DNA of 64,000 nt. Origin: an uncultured virus (IMG/VR IMGVR_UViG_3300050334_000070). Lineage: Duplodnaviria > Heunggongvirae > Uroviricota > Caudoviricetes. The first letter of the stretch is position 1. Each line of letters opens with the position of its first letter. Shown here piece after piece: positions 57,855 to 64,000 of the stretch. Location of the stretch: the IMG/VR virus record IMGVR_UViG_3300050334_000070; one strand, 5' to 3'. The notes below the pieces were generated by a model that saw only the letters and a list, made by a program, of their open reading frames with translations, ran no database searches and was not told the origin of the DNA. The translations under genes and the position numbers were made by a program.

Positions 57855-59788
57855 GTATTAACCCCCTCGATTATTTCCTTTAATTCTCCAAACCTCACTC
57901 CGAATGCCGCTTCTGCAACAATCGGCACGTCAAACTCCTCAAAAGGCCGCTCTTCCATGCAGGCTTTAATAAATGCCCCCGCCTCGCGCACCTTGTCCTC
58001 CGGAAGCTCAAACACCAGCTCGTCATGTATCTGCAAAACCGGTCGCAGCCACATCCTCCAGGGCAGTCCCTCAATGATGCGGCCTAGCGCCAGCTTCAAA
58101 ATATCCGCCGCCGTTCCCTGTATCGGAGTGTTCAGCGCGCACCGCTCGGCGAAGCTCTTTTTGCCCCAGTCGGCGGAAGCAATATCCGGCAGATAGCGCC
58201 GCCTGCCCAGCCAGGTTTCCGTATAGCGCCTTGATGCCGCGCGCTTTTTTGTTTCCTCCTGCCACTGGGCGAGCTTTGGATAACCTGCTTTAAGATTTGC
58301 TATAATCCGCTCGCATTCCGGAAGCGGAGTGTCCAGTCCCGCCTTGAATTTCAGGTTCCGCTGAAGCCCTTTTGGGAACAGGCCGTAGAACACCCCGAAG
58401 TTGCAGTTTTTGGCGGTAGCCCGGCGTTCCTTGTAATGTTCGGCGTTTTTGTCCGCCGCCTGCTCGAAAGGAATGCGGTAGATAACGGATGTAGTTTGGG
58501 CATGGATATCTCCATTGTTCCGGTAGGTTTCCAGCATCCTCTCGTCCCGGCAATAGAACGCTCCGACACGAAGCTCGATCTGGGAAAAGTCCAGTGAAAG
58601 CAGTGCTTTACCTGTTGGAGCAATAAAGAAATTGCGCACGCCAACAGGGTCGTTGTCTTTGCGGGGACAGTTTTGCAAATTTGGATTTCTTGCCGCAAAG
58701 CGTCCCGTTTCAGTGCCCAGCGGAAACAGGTCAGGATGAATCCTGCCGGTGACGCTGTCGATATGCTCCAGATACCCGTCTATGTAGGTGGACTTGATCT
58801 TGCCCCATTTGCGGTACTCCTGCACCAGTTCAAACAGCGCTGCAAGCTCCGGTCGGTTTTCGCGGCACCATTCCGCAAGCAGGATCATGGCCTCGTCGTC
58901 CATAGCCTCCTGGTATTTGGCCGTTGTTTTAAATACCGGCAACTTCAGGTCGTCATAAAGATATTTCTTAAAAGCCGAGGTTGAAGCGTTCGCCCCAATA
59001 TTCACGTCGCCGATCATAAAAGCGATCTCTTCTTTTAATTGCTTAATTCTTTCCTCGGCCTCCGCTTGTTTTTTAAGCATCAGTTCTTCATCCACCAGCA
59101 ATCCATTGTACTTCATCAAACCGACATAAACGGAGGCGGGCGATTCGAGCTTTTCCACGATAAAGCGGTGCTTGGGCAGATACCGGTCAAACCAGTTATT
59201 GAAAAGATAATACAGCCGCAGTGTATAATCGCTGTCGGCGCAGGCATAGCGGATGGTTTCTTCGTCCTGCGGATCCAATTCATCGAAATACCTGCCTGCC
59301 GTCACCGTTTCAAAGCCTGGCAGTTTTTCGCCGAACAGCTCCGGCACCAGCGTTTTCAGCCCGCTGTCTGCAAGTGTCCTAAAAGTTGTATTGCTTTTCA
59401 GCGTCATCTGCGCCGCCGCGATGGTGTCGTAGCAGGGTGGCTGCTGTACGATGCCGAGGGCATATAAAAACATCGCCTCGAAGCTCAGATTATGCGCTAT
59501 TTTCACAATCTCTCTATTTGCAAATACTCTCTCCGCCAGCCATCGCATGACCTTTTCAGGCGAACCGGCATTCTTGCCGGTTTTATGCCTTAACGGAACA
59601 TAAACCGCCGTTCCTTCGGAAACGGAGAAACTCACGCCGACAATGTCAGCTTTGTGCGCGTCCAGCGCTGACTTTACATCACTGCGGTATCCCTCCCGAG
59701 GCGCGGTTTCAAAGTCGAAGGCAACCAGCCGCGCTCCGCCAAGATAGTCCTGCAATTTAGCTAAATCTGTCACGCATCTGTATTCCAT
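57851..59788 (-). CDS. Family A DNA polymerase with 3'-5' exonuclease
   Basis: FDFET, TGR...NPNLQN, DFSQIELR, AK..NFG..YG, QGTAAD, IHDE. Confidence 0.95.
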   Translation of the reverse strand: MEYRCVTDLAKLQDYLGGARLVAFDFETAPREGYRSDVKSALDAHKADIVGVSFSVSEGTAVYVPLRHKTGKNAGSPEKVMRWLAERVFANREIVKIAHNLSFEAMFLYALGIVQQPPCYDTIAAAQMTLKSNTTFRTLADSGLKTLVPELFGEKLPGFETVTAGRYFDELDPQDEETIRYACADSDYTLRLYYLFNNWFDRYLPKHRFIVEKLESPASVYVGLMKYNGLLVDEELMLKKQAEAEERIKQLKEEIAFMIGDVNIGANASTSAFKKYLYDDLKLPVFKTTAKYQEAMDDEAMILLAEWCRENRPELAALFELVQEYRKWGKIKSTYIDGYLEHIDSVTGRIHPDLFPLGTETGRFAARNPNLQNCPRKDNDPVGVRNFFIAPTGKALLSLDFSQIELRVGAFYCRDERMLETYRNNGDIHAQTTSVIYRIPFEQAADKNAEHYKERRATAKNCNFGVFYGLFPKGLQRNLKFKAGLDTPLPECERIIANLKAGYPKLAQWQEETKKRAASRRYTETWLGRRRYLPDIASADWGKKSFAERCALNTPIQGTAADILKLALGRIIEGLPWRMWLRPVLQIHDELVFELPEDKVREAGAFIKACMEERPFEEFDVPIVAEAAFGVRFGELKEIIEGVNT

Positions 59789-59853
59789 AGCTCCTCCTTG
59801 CCGCCTGAAGCTGAGAGGCGGCATGCGCCGCGCTCCCCGCCACAGGCTGTATT

Positions 59854-60657
59854 TCATTTCAAAGGTTCAACCGGGGCCCCCGCGAAGCCTGCTTCGTGGG
59901 GTGGGGTAACCCCTCCGGTTTCGGGATCCGCAAACGGCGCTTCATCACTGTCAATTTCAGCCGCATTATCCACCTCAAAGCCGACGTGTTTGCTGTATGC
60001 CCTGACCTGCTCGGACAACCTGCCAATGAGCGCATATTCCTCGGAAGTGAGCGGCCTGTCGACGGCGAACTGCGCCTGCGAATAGGCGATGCCGCCGCTG
60101 TTTGTCGCTTTCTTTAAAGAAAAGCGGGTTACCACACTGTTGGATTTCCTGCCCTTGGACAGCAGCCTCTTGATGTATTTGGTAAATTCCTTAAGGGAGC
60201 CGGTGGGGAGTGACAAGAGCAGCGGGAAAATCTCCCCCTCGCGCAGCACATAGATCCTGCGGCGGTTCTTGCATGCCTTGCTGCCGTTTTCGCCAGTGCC
60301 GAACAGGTTCAGCGGGCAGGCGGCGCAATTTCCGCCCGGGTCGCCCTCGCCGGTTATGCCGTCGAAGCTTCCACAGTCGGGCGGCTGGTTTCCTCCGGTA
60401 TACTTGGTCTTATAGTAGGCATGAAGCGGATGATGGTATAAAATCACTGCTGAAAATTCCTTGACCGCATCCGGTTCGCCCGGGTTTTCTCCGGGCACTT
60501 CAAAAACGGTGCTGCCCGCCGACGGGATTTTAATCCTCTCAAAGCTCATATCCAGGCCGTCCAGCTCTTCTGCCATCATTCCTGCCATGTTGAAATTGGC
60601 AAGCCTCAGAAAACCGTTGTCCTGCTTGGTTAATGACGTTTCTTTTTTAGCTGACAT
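59854..60657 (-). CDS. Phage replication-module protein, possibly ssDNA-binding
   Basis: PPDC.S.DG, C..CP.N.FG, KACKN; acidic DPETG tail; upstream of the polymerase. Confidence 0.6.
   Translation of the reverse strand: MSAKKETSLTKQDNGFLRLANFNMAGMMAEELDGLDMSFERIKIPSAGSTVFEVPGENPGEPDAVKEFSAVILYHHPLHAYYKTKYTGGNQPPDCGSFDGITGEGDPGGNCAACPLNLFGTGENGSKACKNRRRIYVLREGEIFPLLLSLPTGSLKEFTKYIKRLLSKGRKSNSVVTRFSLKKATNSGGIAYSQAQFAVDRPLTSEEYALIGRLSEQVRAYSKHVGFEVDNAAEIDSDEAPFADPETGGVTPPHEAGFAGAPVEPLK
59873..59903 (+). repeat. Short palindromic element, copy D (in frame in the gene's 3' end)
   Basis: GGGGCCCCCGCGAAGC-CT-GCTTCGTGGGGTG flanked by AACC repeats. Confidence 0.7.
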
Positions 60658-60703
60658 AATTCCATACCTCCATTTTTCAATGTGTTTTCTACTTTTCGCA
60701 TAA

Positions 60704-61120
60704 TTACTTTGCCGCTTTTCTCATCCCGACCGAGGTTTTTTCAAAGACGTTCACAAGTCCTGAAAGCCAGCCGGGAAGCTCATCGTTGTTTTCTTCCATC
60801 TGCTCCTTGACAAATGCCGACAGGGAGTTGGCGTTGACCGTTTCATAGACCAGGTCGCCGAACCCGGCTTTTTTGAGCGCGGAATACAGTTCCTCTTTCC
60901 GGCCTGCCACAGCAGAAGCCCTCGTCGTGCCGGTCAGATAGAACATCACGCCGCCCCGGGTAAAGTTCTGCGTTTCGGTTTCCGCCATCAGCTCCGACAG
61001 GCGGTATTCTGTCTCGTCGATCCTGTCGTTTATTTCCTTGAGTTCCTGCTCTGTTGATTTCTTCAAGTCCTTAAGTTCTTTAAGCTGCTCGGCCAGTTCA
61101 AACATCTTTTCGCTTTCCAA
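60704..61120 (-). CDS. Hypothetical phage protein (coiled-coil N-terminus)
   Basis: 138 aa ORF in the replication operon. Confidence 0.75.
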   Translation of the reverse strand: MESEKMFELAEQLKELKDLKKSTEQELKEINDRIDETEYRLSELMAETETQNFTRGGVMFYLTGTTRASAVAGRKEELYSALKKAGFGDLVYETVNANSLSAFVKEQMEENNDELPGWLSGLVNVFEKTSVGMRKAAK

Positions 61121-61126
61121 TGTACT

Positions 61127-62581
61127 TCACCCCCTTGCCGCAAAAGGATTGAGCCCGCTCTGGTAATCGTCCACCAGCATCCTCGCCAGATCCGCTTTGT
61201 TTCTCAGCGCCTTCAGAACTTTTTCATCGACCGTGCCTTTTGCCGTCAGATAAAGATAGGTGCAGTTTTCCTTTTGCCCGACGCGGTGAATGCGCGCCTT
61301 CGCCTGCTCGAAATTGCTCATGCTGTAGTCAAGGGAATAAAACACCATGGTGCTGGCGGCTGTCAGTGTCACGCCAAGCCCCGCCGTTGCAATCTGTCCG
61401 ACAAACACCTGCACCTCCGGGTCGTTCTGAAACGCCGCCACCTGCTCCTCGCGGTCTTTTACGCCGCCCATGATAAGGGAAAACCCGATCTCTTTCTTTT
61501 CGAGCATCCGGCAGATGGCGTTGATTTCCGGAATGAACCGCGCCATAATCACCAGCTTTTTGCCTTCCTGAAGAACATCCTCGACGATATCCTCCAGCGC
61601 CTCCTGCTTGGCCGTGCTGACCCGCTGGGGCGCGTTGCCCTCGTCGTCCCCGAGAAAACCGCCCGTAAGCTGCGACAAACGGAGAAGCCGGGTGAGTATG
61701 TTCGTGACGGTGACTTCGCTCTGCCCAAGCTCTGTGTAACTATCCTTGACCAGATCCCTGTAAATCTTCATGGCGGCAGGTTCCAACTCCACATACCGCA
61801 CAATGTCGGTGGTCTCCGGCAAATCAAGGCACTCGGCCTTGGTTGCCCGGAAAGCGATGCTGTGGAGCCTTTTCATCAAATCCTGTTCCATTGATTTTTT
61901 CAGCACCGGTGTGTGCTGACCGTATCCGACCATATCGAAGTAGCGGTTTCGGAATACATAGAAGCTCTGGCCAAAGATAGTGGAATTGAGGAATTTGTAC
62001 TGGCTGAACACGTCGATGGCCTTATTGGTAATAACTGTTCCTGTAAGCAGCAGCCTGTACCGCGCCCTTGCGCCCAGCCGGTGCATGGCTTTGGATACCG
62101 CAATGTTGTGGGTCTTTATCTTATGTCCCTCGTCCGCAATGATGAGGTCAGGGTTCCATGCGGTCAGTTCCTTTTCCAGACGCCATGCGCTCTCGTAGTT
62201 AATGACCGCCACCTGCAGGGGCGTGCCCCGCATATGCCGCAGTGTGTCGGTTTTCTTTGCGCCGCTGCCGGTGAGTACCACCAGCGTGTAATCGAAATCC
62301 GCGAATTTCTCGAACTCTTCCCGCCAGACGCCTAAGATGGAAAGAGGCGCCACCACCAGAACCCTGCGGATCCTGCCTTCCTTATACAAAGCGCCGGTGA
62401 CTGCGATGCTGGCGATGGTCTTGCCGGTACCCATTTCCATGAGCAAGGCCGTGCCTGCAGACTGCATAGTCTGCGAAGGGATAAGCCCGAACTTTTCGCA
62501 TACAAAGTTGAATGCCTTAATCTGATGCTTATACGGCACTGCTTTAATCGGCATGGGCAGCAGCGGTTTCGGCTGTTCCAT
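61127..62581 (-). CDS. SNF2-family helicase
   Basis: MEMGTGKT, DEGH.IK, LTGT, GLGVTL, QAKARIHRVGQ. Confidence 0.9.
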   Translation of the reverse strand: MEQPKPLLPMPIKAVPYKHQIKAFNFVCEKFGLIPSQTMQSAGTALLMEMGTGKTIASIAVTGALYKEGRIRRVLVVAPLSILGVWREEFEKFADFDYTLVVLTGSGAKKTDTLRHMRGTPLQVAVINYESAWRLEKELTAWNPDLIIADEGHKIKTHNIAVSKAMHRLGARARYRLLLTGTVITNKAIDVFSQYKFLNSTIFGQSFYVFRNRYFDMVGYGQHTPVLKKSMEQDLMKRLHSIAFRATKAECLDLPETTDIVRYVELEPAAMKIYRDLVKDSYTELGQSEVTVTNILTRLLRLSQLTGGFLGDDEGNAPQRVSTAKQEALEDIVEDVLQEGKKLVIMARFIPEINAICRMLEKKEIGFSLIMGGVKDREEQVAAFQNDPEVQVFVGQIATAGLGVTLTAASTMVFYSLDYSMSNFEQAKARIHRVGQKENCTYLYLTAKGTVDEKVLKALRNKADLARMLVDDYQSGLNPFAARG

Positions 62582-62735
62582 CAGTCTTGTCCCTCCCTTC
62601 ATCATGCGGCTTTTCGAGCGCCGCCAGTTTTTTTGCCAGCCGCTTTGACACAACGCTGATGGCGGTCAGGATGCCGACCAGTTCTTCCGTCGTTTCCTCG
62701 CTTTGTATCAAAGCGGCATTCACACTTTTTCTCAT
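62544..62735 (-). CDS. Small hypothetical phage protein
   Basis: EELVGILTAISVVSKRLAKKL; GGAGGTG RBS. Confidence 0.6.
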   Translation of the reverse strand: MRKSVNAALIQSEETTEELVGILTAISVVSKRLAKKLAALEKPHDEGRDKTDGTAETAAAHAD

Positions 62736-62816
62736 GTCCTTCACCTCCGTTTCGAGGAAAAGAAAAACCCCCTCACAATCCAAAGGAAAGTGAAGGGGCG
62801 GGTGATAGAGAAAAAG

Positions 62817-63218
62817 CTAAAATTTTTTCTCCAAAAGCCTTCTGAGTTTTTCCAATATCCTATTTTTATGGTAATTTACTGTGTTTTGCGAAACCCCTGT
62901 TTCTTTGGCAACCATGCGTTCCGACTTCTCCTGATAAAATAATTCATCAATCAGGAACCTTTCATCGTTGGTCAGTTCCGAAAGCGCCCTGAACAGCATG
63001 TCCAATAACAGCTTGTCCTCGACAATCTCGTCAACAAGCGCCTGACCGGAAGGAATCTCAAACCCGGCGTCCGCAAACGCTTCAAGCGAAAGCTCCTTTT
63101 CCGCGCGAACCTGTCTGCGTTTGCGCTCTTTCCAAGCAGGACGCTTGAAGGCATAGTATACTTCCTTGCTGACCGGAATTTGCCTGCCGTTTAGTTCAAT
63201 GAAATACTCCTTGTCCAT
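62817..63218 (-). CDS. Sigma-70 region 4-like (ECF-type) DNA-binding protein
   Basis: AL.EL...ER.LI..LF....SER.VA...GVSQ.TV....RIL.KLR; AGGAGGTG RBS. Confidence 0.8.
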   Translation of the reverse strand: MDKEYFIELNGRQIPVSKEVYYAFKRPAWKERKRRQVRAEKELSLEAFADAGFEIPSGQALVDEIVEDKLLLDMLFRALSELTNDERFLIDELFYQEKSERMVAKETGVSQNTVNYHKNRILEKLRRLLEKKF

Positions 63219-63299
63219 CCGTTTTCACCTCCTTTCCCGAAAGCTCAGGGAAAAGGGGGCGGGGAGGACTGCGGCACCCAGTAAAAAAGGCGCAAAGAC

Positions 63300-63338
63300 A
63301 AAAACGGCCGAGTTTACTGAAATTCGTAAACTCGGCCG
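63300..63338 (-). terminator. Terminator-like hairpin in the leader of the replication operon
   Basis: Perfect 13-bp stem CGGCCGAGTTTAC/GTAAACTCGGCCG followed by TTTTT on the minus strand. Confidence 0.65.
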
Positions 63339-64000
63339 CAAAAACTATTTTATCAAGCAGTGCCCTGCCAGTAGGGTCATCATCGCTTTTTGCACTGTAT
63401 TGTCTTTTTGTACGGGGATGGAATCGTATCCGGCGTATAGCTTTTGCCTTATGTATATTGGCAGAGAACCGCTTGATATTGCATGAAGTCCAGACCATAC
63501 AATATCAACCTCGTCAGCTCCAACCTACACGGCAGCACCCGCCATACGCTCAGCCTCAATTAAAGTCCGGCAGGTGTTGTCATGCCGAATTTTTCTTTTC
63601 GTTGTTCATAAAGAATGCTTCAATTTTTTCTCTTTGGGATATGCAGTGCAATGTTATTACCGCCCTTCTATTTGCCCGGTGATGTTGCATATTATAGAAC
63701 TATCTATTGGAGAAGCCTTGAACCGGCTTTTGTTGATCCAAGGCGATTTGAATAAAATTAAAATACTATTAACTGTACATTTTTCTCAAAATAAAAACCT
63801 CCGCCTGTGTGTCTCTATCAATTAAGACAAAACAAGGGAGGTTTTTGTGACAATTATCATCACTTAATCGTTATGATGTAATTTATGGAACTCGAAGAAG
63901 CCATTCAATCTTTCAGATTTATTGACTATTTAAAAGACGGTAGTCTACCTCTTTAGTAGCGCCGACATCTTTATAAACATTCACAAGTTTATTGTCGGCA

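Larger units (their letters stand above)
16790..64000 (-). mobile_element. Prophage (siphovirus-type, HK97-like head, serine recombinase trio), extending past the window end
   Basis: Complete ordered modules for replication, packaging, head, tail, lysis and recombination, plus distal defence cargo. Confidence 0.9.

Noticed and set aside
63196..63825. Small ORFs upstream of the sigma-like gene as repressor/Cro
   Set aside because: No HTH signature or clear RBS, and they overlap hairpins.
1..64000. tRNA or rRNA genes
   Set aside because: No cloverleaf or rRNA-like sequence recognised by eye; tRNAscan-SE was not run.

Overview
Clostridia-like (Bacillota) accessory DNA with essentially every real gene on the minus strand, made of two adjacent mobile elements. 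(1) Bases 1-~16,780 look like one end of an ICE-like element: a giant SLH/Ig-repeat surface protein interrupted near its 3' end by the 5' end of a group II intron, an AbrB-like gene pair, a cargo-less Tn554-type tnpABC element whose tnpA carries a nonsense codon, an orphan Dam-family methylase, ArdA-like and hypothetical genes, and a lysR-metY-lysE sulfur amino acid cassette. (2) Bases ~16,790 to beyond 64,000 are a siphovirus-type prophage: AT-rich defence island (HTH, type III-like Mod/Res, SF1 helicase + DUF2290-like), three serine recombinase genes, lysin/holin, GH18 and tail genes, HK97-type head, terminase split by methylases and an amidoligase/GGCT cassette, and a replication module (primase, PolA, SNF2, sigma-like gene). 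The junction holds an orphan 3' end of an rlmD/rumA-type gene (HVETIIMM...), indicating tandem integration at one hotspot. The least explained signals are a family of small covarying palindromic insertion elements (two of 107 bp, two of ~33-39 bp, some in frame inside phage genes) and an exact-spacing 35-bp promoter-like motif upstream of the recombinase and amidoligase-cassette genes. All family assignments come from motif recognition by eye; no database search was run.
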